The notes under the pieces are model-generated. The model did no database searches, was not told where the DNA came from, and saw only the letters and a program-made list of their open reading frames with translations. Positions 1 through 11,549 of a DNA stretch of 64,000 nt are shown here, one piece after another. A program made the position numbers and the translations under genes. Numbering within the stretch: the first letter of the stretch is position 1; every line of letters starts with the position of its first letter. The stretch lies in the NCBI GenBank assembly GCA_964016885.1, contig OZ024741.1:378882001-378946000 (forward strand), given 5' to 3'. Source of the stretch: Eledone cirrhosa (lineage: Eukaryota).

Positions 1-135
1 TATTGATTTGTTATCTTAAATCGCGACAGGCAAACCATATTATGTTAAATTAGTATTTTTTCAACCTAGATAACTTGATCATTTGCAATCCGAACACTTC
101 TATAATTATATAGATGTTCATCTCTCATATATTCA

Positions 136-210
136 TTTGTATTACACGGCTCAGAAATATTCCCTTCTTTGAGCTATTTAATTGTAAAAGACTATTTCGA
201 GTTTATAACT
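136..210 (-). repeat. Dispersed repeat fragment, inverted homolog of 19989-20062
   Basis: Reverse complement agttataaactcgaaatagtcttttacaattaaatagctcaaagaaggga aligns with 19989 agttacaaactcaaataatctcttacaattaaatagctcaatgaaaggga. Confidence 0.6.
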
Positions 211-215
211 CAAGG

Positions 216-298
<83 letters not shown>

Positions 299-1172
299 TA
301 TATATACGTATGAGAGTAAGTTGAACAATTTCCACATTTTTTTTATTGTTTTGTTCAATAATACCTGTTTTATCTTTTGCTCTCACTCGCTTATTGACTC
401 GTACCGGTTGTTAAATTGATGGATCGTACTCACGTGGTGGGTCGAAATATGCAGAATTCGAATTATAACCAGCGCGCTAATTCTATATCGCTGTCTAATT
501 AACTCTAATTAATCTCCGGAAAGGTGTTAGGCACTACCACTATTTACCATCGCACCGTTTCGCCAAGGTATTTGGAGATTAAAGTCGAATGAAACCATTC
601 TATTGCACAACGATTCAAGACAAATCTTCTCTAATAACCAATTTTTTCACTCACTTGTTAATTTGTGTTTGACTTGAGATATGTTGGTGAATCTTAATGG
701 AGTGGCGGAACGAATAGCATTTCCATTCCTACCATCACAAATACTTCTAAAAGAGTTAACAATCGTTTAACGGCGTTTTGCTAACGCGTAGAGATATCAG
801 TTACTAATGAACTACAGTGTTGCCTGTCCCATTCACTACCATAGGCGCCACGGACTAGAATCGAAATCTTTCGATCAATTCTTTATTGATTAGGCAGGCA
901 AGACCCGCTGAATAAGCCACATTTACCAATTGTGAATCGTTGCATAATATATGCATACATTAGATGGTATACGTTCTCTTTACCCTCTGCATTAACTGTG
1001 CCCGAAACTCAAGTACGTGTATAGATGTATCGTACCCGATTAAGTGTGTTGTTTTGAACCATTTAACTTTGTGTCTACTCTGGGATTTTTTACATATTAA
1101 GTCCGCTAAGATTCAAACGGTACGTGCAGGACAACTTATGCTAGTCCCGCTAACTTCTTATTTAATATACAA

Positions 1173-1541
1173 GTCACTAATCTAAAACAATAGCATAAGG
1201 TCTTCAAAATGTATATACATTCATACATATATATAGCTATTTCAGAGCACCAATTCTAATTTTCAATTTCTGCTTGACCAGCAACCGCTCTGTATAATAA
1301 GTTCCTGATTATTTACTAGAATTCTATAAGAATCAAACATCCATGATTTTCAGCAAACAGGAAGAGGAGTTAGCTTTGATAAGCATCAAACAATGCGAAA
1401 CAGGGCTCTGTCAGCTTTATCTTCCCTGTTTGCTGAAAATAAAAGTAAGTGAGACTGTCACTACTCTAAAACAATAGTATAAGATCTTCGAAATGCTTTT
1501 AATTAAGCATACAGTGTATTAAAAAATACACTATATATACA

Positions 1542-1552
<11 letters not shown>
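1173..1552 (+). mobile_element. Short ORF-less HHR-containing element with terminal direct repeats (retrozyme-like or minimal PLE pLTR tandem)
   Basis: Direct repeat gtcactaatctaaaacaatagcataaggtcttcaaaatg (1173-1211) vs gtcactactctaaaacaatagtataagatcttcgaaatg (1457-1495) brackets an intact HHR; ends in (TA)n. Confidence 0.6.
1346..1440 (+). ncRNA. Type I hammerhead ribozyme, U3-A8 core variant, long stem I
   Basis: agct-TTGATAA-gcat(caaaca)atgc-GAAA-cagggctctg-TC-agct; stem I extended by attttcagcaaacagg/cctgtttgctgaaaat (16 bp perfect); predicted cleavage after GUC at 1412. Confidence 0.85.
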
Positions 1553-1602
<50 letters not shown>

Positions 1603-1773
1603 TTTAGTATATCTACTAACATATGCGTACAGATGTACGCTAATGCTAGCAAATACACAGGTTATGTCATAGTACCTAGGTGGTTCAATGCAGGAGGATG
1701 CAGAACAATAATATAAAAGACGTAAAATAAGAAAATTTTAAAAAATTTAAAAAATTAACTTACTAAAATTTTC

Positions 1774-1854
1774 ACTCCAACTAATTAGTTTCTGCAATGG
1801 GATAAAGACAGTTACGTAATAAACTGTCGAGAATTCATTGCGTCATCAGGGAGT
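1774..1854 (-). ncRNA. Type I hammerhead ribozyme (copy 1)
   Basis: Reverse complement: actcc-CTGATGA-cgcaatg...cattgca-GAAA-ctaattag-TT-ggagt. Confidence 0.75.
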
Positions 1855-2315
1855 CTATTCTCAGCTAAGTCTACAGGCAATGCGCGGACACTGGTGAATC
1901 ATATAAAAATAATAATAATTCGGTAGATGGAACAGCTAGCGGGGACTGGATTCCATGCACTGAAAAGCTCGCTGTCGCTGGTCAAATGGCAGATTCTAAA
2001 GAATCAATCACGTGACACTGAGGCTAGTCGGTAGGAGTGGGATGGTAAGATGACAGAAGCCTACTAGCATACCAATAAATTGGTAGTGGTTTTGGCAGGT
2101 TTGGTCAACAAATAAGTAATTTGGAGATAAATATAGAGAATTTAGTATATCTACTAACATATGCGTACAGATGTACGCTAATGCTAGCAAATACACAGGT
2201 TATGCCATAGTACCTAGGTGGTTCAATGCAGGAGGATGCAGAACAATAATATAAAAGACGTAAAATAAGAAAATTTTAAAAAATTTAAAAAATTAACTTA
2301 CTTACTAAAATGTTC

Positions 2316-2396
2316 ACTCCAACTAATTAGTTTCTGCAATGGGATAAAGACAGTTACGTAATAAACTGTCGAGAATTCATTGCGTCATCAGGGAGT
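2316..2396 (-). ncRNA. Type I hammerhead ribozyme (copy 2)
   Basis: Same motif as 1774-1854, one unit away. Confidence 0.75.
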
Positions 2397-2690
2397 CTAT
2401 TCTCAGCTAAGTCTCCAGGCAATGCCCGGACACTGGGCACTCATATAAAAATAATAATAATTCGGTAGATGGAACAGCTAGCGAGGACTGGATTCCATGC
2501 ACTGAAAAGCTCGCTGTCGCTGGTCAAATGGCAGATTCTAAATAATCAATCACGTGACACTGACGCTAGTCGGTAGGAGTGGGATGGTAAGATGACATAA
2601 GCCTACTAGCTGTTCCATCTACCGAATTATTATTATTTTTATATGAGTCCCCAGTGTCCGCGCATTGCCTGGAGACTTAGCTGAGAATAG

Positions 2691-2771
2691 ACTCCCTGAT
2701 GACGCAATGCATTCTCGACAGTTTATTACGTAACTGTCTTTATCCCATTGCAGAAACTAATTAGTTGGAGT
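2691..2771 (+). ncRNA. Type I hammerhead ribozyme (copy 3, inverted arm)
   Basis: actcc-CTGATGA-cgcaatg[cattctc gacagtt tattacgt aactgtc tttatcc]cattgca-GAAA-ctaattag-TT-ggagt; palindromic stem III. Confidence 0.78.
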
Positions 2772-2838
2772 GAAAATTTTAGTAAGTAAGTTAATTTTTT
2801 TAATTTTTTAAAATTATCTTATTTTACGACTTTTATAT

Positions 2839-2869
<31 letters not shown>

Positions 2870-3467
2870 ATATATATATATGTTTGTATGTATGTGTGTA
2901 TTTGTATATATATATATATATATATTCAATCTGATTTTCTTCAAATGTTTCAGTTATGAAGAACAATTTTCCTGTAATAATGGATGAGTAATTTGCATGG
3001 AATTTATGTATTAATATAGTTTTATTCTGAATGATGATATCCACTATCTTAAAATAGACATAATTTGCAGCAAACCATTTTCCCTGTGTAAGAAACCGGA
3101 AAAGATTTCTGTGGCTATTTATCTATCAGATATCAGAGACATATTTTCCTGAAATCCGATCTAAAACCTACGAACCGGAACATTCAATCGTATATACACT
3201 AACAATTAGGTATATTTCACTAAACGAAAATCAACGAACTCAGACTCCTTAAATAAAAAAAAAATGTGTTTTTAGAAGACTCAAAATGTGTAACCCATCA
3301 GAAATATCAGTGGAACAATTCTCAAAATGTATTTTTCAAATCGAAGAAAATAACCTTTTCTGCTACTTCCTTGCAAGATTGAAATTCGTAATTGTTTCCT
3401 CAAATGAAGGAAATATATTTTTTTACAAAATCACACGTACGTACGCGTGCATATATATTAGTTTGTA

Positions 3468-3528
<61 letters not shown>

Positions 3529-3655
3529 GGTGTTGGATGCGTAAAGCGTCCGGTTGCAGTAGGCCATTTGAGTACTCGATGATCTCATCGAGCAGAGTAT
3601 GATATCACAGAAAAAAAGACAACCAGTGTTGCGACGAATGGAATATATTGGAGAT

Positions 3656-3744
3656 TATTACAATCGTTTCTCTGTCGACCACCTCGAGGGCGATCAATGT
3701 GATGATCGAACCTGACTTTGAAAATCGGAAGGTCCTCAGATACA
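3656..3744 (-). ncRNA. Degenerate hammerhead, inverted copy of 3789-3880
   Basis: Reverse complement: gtat-CTGAGGA-cc...aga-GAAA-cgattg-TA-ata. Confidence 0.45.
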
Positions 3745-3788
3745 CCTTGATTCTACGAAGCAGGAAAATCTGCTTCGTAGAATCCAGG

Positions 3789-3880
3789 CGTATCTGAGGA
3801 CCTTGCGATTTTCAGTGTCAGGTTTGATCATCACATTGATCGTTTCCCGAGCTGGTCGACAGAGAAACGATTGTAATATG
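3789..3880 (+). ncRNA. Hammerhead motif with ~63 nt stem II insertion
   Basis: cgtat-CTGAGGA-[63 nt]-GAAA-cgattg-TA-atatg; core retained in homolog at 43965 (CTGACGA); base of stem II poorly paired. Confidence 0.5.
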
Positions 3881-4164
3881 TCTAATAAATTCCATTCATC
3901 GCAACACTGATTCTCCTTTTTTCTGTGATATATATATATATATATATATATATAGAAAAAAAGATGAAATCGAAAATGCAACTGGAGTCTTATTCTCCGG
4001 AAACAGATAACCAAATTCGGAAACAGAGATTGTCACAGTACTAGCGACAGAACGCAATGTCGTCACGTTACAAATCAAGGAAGCACTTTGGATCAAATGC
4101 CTAGGGCCACAAATAAATAACCGATCTGAGAGAAGCGAAATTAGGTGGTTGGTGTAAACGACGA

Positions 4165-4390
4165 GGCAACAAAACGCGTACACACACACACACAAGCGAG
4201 ACAACAACACACGCACACACACACACACGCACACACAGAGTAGCATTCCACCATACGAATATACTACACTGCTAATACAGACAAACGAGGCAACAACACA
4301 CGCACACACTCACACACAAGCGAGCCAACAACACACGCACACACACAGTAGTATTTCACCATACGAATATACCACACTGCTAATACAGAA
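4165..4390. repeat. ~115-125 bp AC-rich tandem duplication
   Basis: cacaagcgag.caacaacacacgcac...ccatacgaatata..acactgctaatacaga occurs twice. Confidence 0.65.
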
Positions 4391-5115
4391 ACTAGCACAA
4401 ATAGATAATACAATGGATTGACAGCTAACACCACCCCATTCCCACAATTAAAAGAACTATTTCGGCCGTCGACATTTGCTTATCCGGACCTATTGTGCGC
4501 GCAGGCGCGCTCTGCTGAATACCTCAGTTATTCAAAACAACGAACATCAGATGAAACGTATCGCTCCTCTCCGAAATATACCCCCCCCCCCCCCCCCGAA
4601 CAATTGATTGTTGATTGATGTGAATCCGAAATATATGGACAATGAAATCTCTCCCTATCTTGTGTTTTTATTTTTATTTTTATTTTTATTTTTACACTCT
4701 TTCCTACGTTCTTCTACACACTTTACATCTCATTCTACGTTCACTTACATATCTCTCTTCATCACCGGATCTTGTTACCCGGAGAATTACCCATCTGCAT
4801 AGAAGCTAGATTTACCATCTTTCTAGTGGGTCCGGGTAAGCTTTTTACATTCATATGATTTATTGATTTATTGATATTTTATCTGAGTGACCCGAATCTT
4901 CCTGGTCGTAATTTTTCGGCCGCATGGGTGATTTTAGACATAATCTTTGTGTGTTGGTATTTTAACGATAGTTATAGCTCTGATTTATCTGAATTATTGA
5001 GCCCTCTGCCACTCTTGTCGGATTTGTTTATCGTAAACTCGTGAGCAGATTTTCCGATACTCGATTATTCTACTATATATATAGATATATATATATATAT
5101 ATCGGAACGAGTAGG

Positions 5116-5211
5116 ACACCGACGGTTGAGCTCAAGCCGTTTCGACGGCTAATTCTTGACTAAATGAACATTTTTATCCTGGTATATGAATAGCCGAGTT
5201 TCTCAAGGGGT
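5116..5211 (-). ncRNA. Hammerhead (U3-A8 core) in inverted pLTR
   Basis: Reverse complement: acccc-TTGAGAA-actcggctattc...gaattagccgtc-GAAA-cggcttgagctcaaccg-TC-ggtgt. Confidence 0.7.
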
Positions 5212-5473
5212 AATTCCATATATGGTAAAAGTGATTGTCACAAGGATTGGTCAAAAGTTTGTTGTTGAGACACATAATTCTATCATGGCAATTTGTGGAA
5301 GGAAGGGGTAGCTGAACCTGCCAGTAGAAGAAAGAGGGAGAGGGGATGGAGGAAACCCAGTCGTGCGTTGATAGTGCCAACTACAGCAGGGTAGGAGGTC
5401 AAGCAAATATACTAGGGAGGGGGAGGAAGTCGAAACAATAAGTAAAACAATATGGGGTAAATATATAGAAGAA

Positions 5474-7030
5474 TATCAGGCTTATAAACCCAACGAAATA
5501 CGACATAGGGAGAATCAGCAAAAAATCCTACACCGCGTTATACCAAAAGTTAAGCAACACGCCAGACTTAGCCTATGGGTCAACACCCGGGAAGTAATCT
5601 CATGGTTCAGCAATATGGAGGCCAAACGAGACACAAAATACATGCAGTTTGACATAGAGAGTTACTGTGCATCAATGACCTTACCGCTACTTACGGCTGC
5701 CTTGGACTTTGCCGAAACACTTGCGCCTATCACCGACCAGGAAAGAAACATCATCCTCCACGCCAGGAAGACAGTCCTACTCTTCGACATTTCCAAATGG
5801 ATAAAGAGAGCTCCCGACTCACCCTTCGACGTCAGTATGGGCGCGACGGATTCGGCTGAGGTCACAGATCTTATAGGATTATTCCTACTAGTTAAACTCA
5901 CCGATATGTTTCCTGCATTCGGCGGTGGATTGTACCGTGATGATGGCCTCATTACCCTTAATAGGTACAGCCCCAGTAGTACAGACCGGGTCCGTAAACA
6001 ATTAATCAGCTTCTTCCGCGACTGGGGATTTAAAATAACCCTACAAACGTCCCTGACCCGAGTAAATTTCCTGGACGTCACACTTGACCTCGATAATGAT
6101 CTGTATTACCCATACAGGAAACCCAACGACAAACTGCACTACATCCACCGCCGGTCAAAACATCCTAGGAACATCACCAATAACCTGGTTAAAAACATCT
6201 CCTTCCGCATATCTCGTTTGTCCGCTAATGAGGAGATATTCGAGCAACATGTGCCTTATTACAACCTGGCCTTCAAACGGAGTGGTTTCCGGGAGGAAAT
6301 ATCCTACTGTCCAGCTTCCACTAGCGGAACCAGCAGGCGACACCTCCGCTCACGCAATCTAACATGGTTCAATCCTCCCTACAACGCCGAGGTGACAACT
6401 CCTATCGGGAAAATCTTCTTTAGGCTCATCGAAAAACACTTCCCACTACAACACCGCTACCACAACATAATTAACAAAAGTACCAGCAAACTCTCCTTCA
6501 GCACCACACCAAACTTTGCACAAAACATCGTCTCCTCCAGCAACAAAAAACTCAACCCCTATGGAAGAAACAACCTAAATAGCAGTGGAGAGCCGACCAG
6601 GAGGTGCAACTGTCCTGATGGATCCATTTGCCCCCTCGACAACAGATGCAGAGATCGTAATGTGATCTACCAGTGCAACGTGAGGACGGACACCTCCAAC
6701 AAAGTTTATATAGGATTAACCGCATGTGACTTCAAGACCCGGCTATACCAACACAAACAAACTTTCTGAAACCCGGCCCGGCGTCACGCCACCACACTTT
6801 CGGGCCACATCTCGGACCTCAAGGATAACAATATTACCTATGATCTCACTTGTAGCTTACTGTCCAGAGCCAACTGTTACACGGGAGGACGCCGTCCGTG
6901 CAATTTATGCTCGGAGGAAACTTTACAAATGCTGTTTTCGAGGACCAACCCCTAAACAAGAAAGACGAACTGGTAACTACATACAAACACAGATTGCGTA
7001 GGAGTTACCTCGCACTCAAACCCCATAATG
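5474..7030 (+). pseudogene. PLE RT/GIY-YIG ORF, disrupted
   Basis: QFDIESY, MGATDSAEVTDLIGLFLL, GLYRDDGL, VNFLDVTLDL, WFNPPY, CNCPDGSICPLDNRC, VIYQC..YIGLTACDFKTRLYQH; TGA at 6767-6769 then frame continues (CNLCSEE); frameshifts near 5520 and 6940. Confidence 0.9.
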
Positions 7031-8184
7031 ACCCGGGGAAGGGGGGGGGGGTAGACAAGGGATGTAACACCCCACTTGCCGACTATGTAAGGGTAACCCC
7101 TGCTTGTAAAGGTAGACGTAAGATCTTTTCTAACTTTTTATCGCTTCCTCTATATTTCCTTCTTCCCCCCCCCCCATCCGTTCCTAGTCCTTCCACCCCG
7201 TCCTCTTTCTTTGTCGTCGTCCTTTTCACTTTCTTGCTCACCAGAGGCAGCCCCTCGGTCCTTTGTAGCCTCAGTATCCCCAGCCTCTTCCCCTATTATA
7301 TGATAGAATTGGCCGACTCCGCTTTTTATAGCAGATGTGATAGACCCCGGATACTTGCTTTCTTATCCGATGGCTGCCCCCTTTCCGTGTTTTCTACATT
7401 TCTTAGCGGTGTCTTTGCTTTAATTTCTCGTATATCAGTATTTATTTTTAGGGTGTGGGTGTGGGTGGGGGATTCAGAAATAATTTTCCGTATCAAATTG
7501 TTCATATACTTCGTACGAGTATTTATGAAGTTTGCACTAGAATTTTTGTATTGTAGCGGCACCCTTAGAGATAGTATTAGTATTCATTTTCGGGATTCTG
7601 AATTATTATTTCGTATTACTTTATGTTTTGCACTGGGTGCTTGCTGGCCTTGTGCCTAGGGTAGAAACAATTATTTCGTATTAGTCTCGGGACTCTGAAT
7701 TAGTATTTCGTGGTAGTTTCTTTAGTATTTTGGTCCCTCACTTGTTGACCTGTCACCGTAAGATATACTTGGTTGATTACTTCTTAAAATGGTCTCATTA
7801 TAATTCCGTCCCACCTAGTAAACTTTTCTATAGTTTAGCAGTACCAGTGAGAGACTTGATGACTGTCGTTAGGGAATAGTATCCAGAACTTATTTTTGTT
7901 CATATCTTTAACATTCTCGGTATTCTTCTATATATTTACCCCATATTGTTTTACTTATTGTTTCGACTCCCCCCCCCCTCCCTAGTATACTTGCTTGACC
8001 TCTTGCCCTGCTGTAGTTGGCACTATCAATGCAACACTGGGTTTCCTCCACCCCTCTCCCTCTTTCTTCTACAGGCATGTTCAGCTACCCCTTCCTTCCA
8101 CAAATTGCCATGATAGAATTATGTGTCTCAACAACAAACTTTTGACCAATCCTTGTGACAATCACTTTTAACATATATGGAATT

Positions 8185-8280
8185 ACCCCCTGAGAAGCTG
8201 GCCTATTCATATACCAGGATAACAACTTTCATTTAGTCCAGAATTAGCCGTCGAAACGGATTGAGCTCAGCCGTCGGGGT
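8185..8280 (+). ncRNA. Hammerhead in 3' pLTR
   Basis: acccc-CTGAGAA-...gaattagccgtc-GAAA-cggattgagctcagccg-TC-ggggt; stem I acccc/ggggt. Confidence 0.7.
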
Positions 8281-8372
8281 CCTACTCGTTCCTATTACCC
8301 ACTCTACTACCCTAAGTATTGAGTACTTTGGTGCGTTATGGTCCACCTGGTTCCTTACCACATTTCCTTCGT

Positions 8373-8403
<31 letters not shown>

Positions 8404-8770
8404 TAAAATAACAGATTCTTTGCTTAAACTTTAATATGTTATTTTAATACAGGCTTGTTTCCATTTCTTGTCTAGTTTCTTCTCGATAACTACGGGAGTG
8501 AAATGCTCTGCATACATTGATTAGCCACATAAATAAATAGCAGTGTGTTCACGCCTGGCATTTTACATATTTTCAGATATTACATTTCAAATATACATGT
8601 GTACACTCTCTGTTTAACACCATATGTACAACATGAGAATGCTCATTTATTTACAATTTACATAATTATGGAACCAAAGTTATGGAAAATTATTATTATT
8701 AGTATTATTATTATCTTCATCGCCATTGCCATTACTGATATTAATACGAATATTATTCTCATTAATATTT

Positions 8771-8790
8771 TAGTAGTAGTAGTAGTAGTG

Positions 8791-8839
<49 letters not shown>

Positions 8840-8870
8840 CTGCAGTAGTAGTAGTAGTAGTAGTAGTAAC

Positions 8871-8935
<65 letters not shown>

Positions 8936-8976
8936 CAGTAGTAGCAGTAGTACTAGTGGTGGTGGTGGTGGTGGAT

Positions 8977-9043
<67 letters not shown>

Positions 9044-9060
9044 CTGAAGTAGTAGTAGTG
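8771..9060. repeat. (GTA)n trinucleotide microsatellite
   Basis: ~290 bp of near-pure gta repeats. Confidence 0.97.
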
Positions 9061-10064
9061 CTTTGGTGATGTATATTTATGCTGTTAGATCCACAAACAT
9101 TTCGCAACAGCACACATTGAGGAGAAATAGAAATTGAATATTTTCCAATCATTAAAATAGATGAAAGGTTTCGCAGGATTTTCACTGATTCATTCCTATG
9201 TTTTGACTACAGAAAATTAATACGATATTCGATCAAAATAGGCTGTTGAATTCAAGCATTCCCAGCCAGCATGAAAGTAATAATTACACTAGAAACCGTG
9301 GAAGACATAAAGGTATATTACAATTATTCACAGCATTCCACCTTAATGAATGGGTTAAAATGCTTCCCAAATAAAGAGATCACATTCTTCTCACATCAAA
9401 ACCCAGCGCTCGATAAATGAATGAGCAATTATCTTTAGAGTTATTAGATCCGAACTCTAGAACCTATAATTACTAACTTAGAAATCATTGTTAATTAACA
9501 TTTCTTCACTACTCTTAAGTAGAACTTCCACTTTCATCAAATAAATTCGTCATCTCTAATTCTTCTGTCCATCATTACATTTCTCAATTCAACTACATCG
9601 GTATTTATCTAAGTTAATGCCGTACCCCCGAGGCTTTACTGTCTGAATAGTTATTTCCACAGTATAAATGCAATGTTACACAGTGTCTTGTATATTTCAT
9701 CCTCTAGACGGCTACAATGGATGTCAGTTACGTATATTATCATTCTCAAAAAAATGTCACCTTATTTCCCCGATGTCAATATCCAAAAGTTAAATATTTT
9801 TATCTATGTAATCGTTGTTTACTTTCAGGAATATATTTTACATTCAATTATATGAAATCATTATACGATATTTTAATACATGCAAAACACACAAAATCAT
9901 TTTGGAATTAGTATTATTCTTCATAAATTTGCCTAAATAGCCTATAACTAGGAAGGAAGAAGTAAAATGAAACCTACAGACACACACACACGCGCGCACA
10001 CACACATACACGCATATATATATATATGTATATATAAATATATATATGTATATATATGTATATG

Positions 10065-10138
<74 letters not shown>

Positions 10139-10140
<2 letters not shown>

Positions 10141-10355
10141 AACGAGTAAAACCCCGACGGCTGAGCTCAAGCCGTTTCGACGGCTAATTCTGGACTAAAA
10201 AAGTCCAGAATTTTTAGTCTAGAATTAGCCGTCGAAACGGCTCGAGCTCAGCCGACGGGGTTTTACTCGTTCCTATTACCCACTCTACCACCCTAAGTAT
10301 TGAGTACTTTGGTGCGTTATGGTCCACCTGGTTCCCTACCACATTTCCTTCGTTA
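10139..10355 (+). mobile_element. Mini fold-back derivative of the 5104-8374 PLE 3' end
   Basis: Inverted arm ggaacgag...ctaattctggac followed by forward 3' end ...catttccttcgtta; in (TA)n. Confidence 0.85.
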
Positions 10356-10527
10356 TATATATATATAATATATAAGATCAAAAGATAGTTAAATGAGTTC
10401 CATGTATTTTATTATGCGTTTTTCAAAAATAAATATCATCATGCAATAACATTTGTGTTTTCATAGCCATTTTTGAATCTATTTTTGGCGGGATCGGATT
10501 GAAAAACTAGATATCTGATTTTGAGTT

Positions 10528-10606
10528 TGTCTCCTGATGAATCCTAACTCAGGACATTCCTATTATCTGGATGTCTAAAAATATGGAAGAAACCATGGTA
10601 GAGATA
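10528..10606 (+). ncRNA. Type I hammerhead ribozyme
   Basis: tgtctc-CTGATGA-atcc[...ggacattcc tattatct ggatgtct...]ggaa-GAAA-ccatgg-TA-gagata. Confidence 0.75.
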
Positions 10607-11181
10607 TAATTACGGTATGTGCGCATTTCTTCTAAGTTTAATTTTACACCTAATTGTGTATGGTTGATGGTATATTTAGTCAGTTTCTACATGCTGTCGA
10701 AATGTTGGATAAATACTCGATTGAGGCTGCCGCGAAGAGGCTACGTTCGGTTATTTGTCGGAGATTTCTCAATAAGAGCATTTATTCTTATAGCTTGTTC
10801 TAATTGATTTTTTATATGGTTAATTATGCTAATTAGAAGAAGAAATAGTATATATGTTATCTGATGATTCTAAAGACATGATTTATGATATATTGCTCTG
10901 ATTTTTTTAATTTATTAATTCTTCATAGAGCTTAAAAGTGACCAGTTGCAACATGTATATATCTATAACTTTATGTATACGTTAACCTTTATATTTAATA
11001 ATCTCCCAGATAGGTTGAGATTAAATTTGGCGATATTTGGCTGCGCTTTCTAGCAAAAAGCCTACCCGACGTAAGCAACCAATCATATTCTTTCTAGCTT
11101 GACCACATAGCGATTCTTAGCCATTTTTGAATCTATTTTTGGCGGGATCGGATTGAAAAACTAGATATCTGATTTTGAGTT

Positions 11182-11260
11182 TGTCTCCTGATGAATCCTA
11201 ACTCAGGACATTCCTATTATCTGGATGTCTAAAAATAAGGAAGAAACCATGGTAGAGATA
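11182..11260 (+). ncRNA. Type I hammerhead ribozyme (second copy)
   Basis: Same motif 654 nt downstream. Confidence 0.75.
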
Positions 11261-11549
11261 TAATTAGGTATGTGCGCATTTCTTCTAAGTTTAATTTTAC
11301 ACCTAATTGTGTATGGTTGATGGTATATTTAGTCAGTTTCTACGTGCTGTCGAAATGTTGGATAAATACTCGATTGAGGCCGCCGCGAAGAGGCTACGTT
11401 CGCTTATTTGTCGGAGATTTCTCCATAAGAGCATTTATTCTTATAGCTTGTTCTAATTGATTTTTGATATGGTTAATTATGCTAATTAGAAGAAGAAATA
11501 GTATATATGTTATCTGATGATTCTAAAGACATGATTTATGATATATATA

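Larger units (their letters stand above)
1601..2841 (-). mobile_element. ORF-less HHR element: 538-bp tandem (1601-2138, 2139-2610) plus inverted arm (2606-2841)
   Basis: aatttagtatatctactaac recurs at 1601 and 2139; 2606-2841 is the reverse complement of the unit's internal part; flanked by (TA)n/(GA)n and (TA)n. Confidence 0.8.
3526..3932. mobile_element. Fold-back PLE pLTR-type insertion (arms 3602-3763 / 3769-3930)
   Basis: ~160 bp diverged inverted repeat; left arm has extra ~76 nt tail; homologous to 43941-44185; flanked by (TA)n. Confidence 0.7.
5104..8374 (+). mobile_element. 5'-truncated Penelope-like element (Naiad-type) with inverted pLTR (5104-5475 = rc of 7921-8292)
   Basis: RT+GIY-YIG coding region, 3' UTR with HHR, inverted 3' copy at 5' side, (TA)n on both flanks. 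Confidence 0.9.
10464..11546 (+). mobile_element. ORF-less HHR element: 429-bp direct repeats (10464-10892, 11118-11546), period 654
   Basis: tagccatttttgaatct...atttatgatata repeated at high identity; one HHR per repeat; ends in short (TA)n. Confidence 0.8.

Noticed and set aside
414-455. ttgatg...gggtcgaaa as an HHR
   Set aside because: Core incomplete and no stem I or cleavage triplet
6767-6769. In-frame TGA in a Naiad-type ORF as selenocysteine (some Naiads are selenoproteins)
   Set aside because: It aligns to a Lys position (HKHSFKN in the intact copy), consistent with CGA>TGA decay; zinc-finger cysteines in these copies are not TGA-encoded; no SECIS recognised
6898-7659. 253 aa hydrophobic ORF
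   Set aside because: Starts in the frameshifted endonuclease tail and runs through the T-rich PLE 3' UTR; not a separate gene
8545-9185. Poly-Val / poly-Thr ORFs resembling a membrane protein or mucin
   Set aside because: Both are readings of a (GTA)n tract, with no other coding evidence
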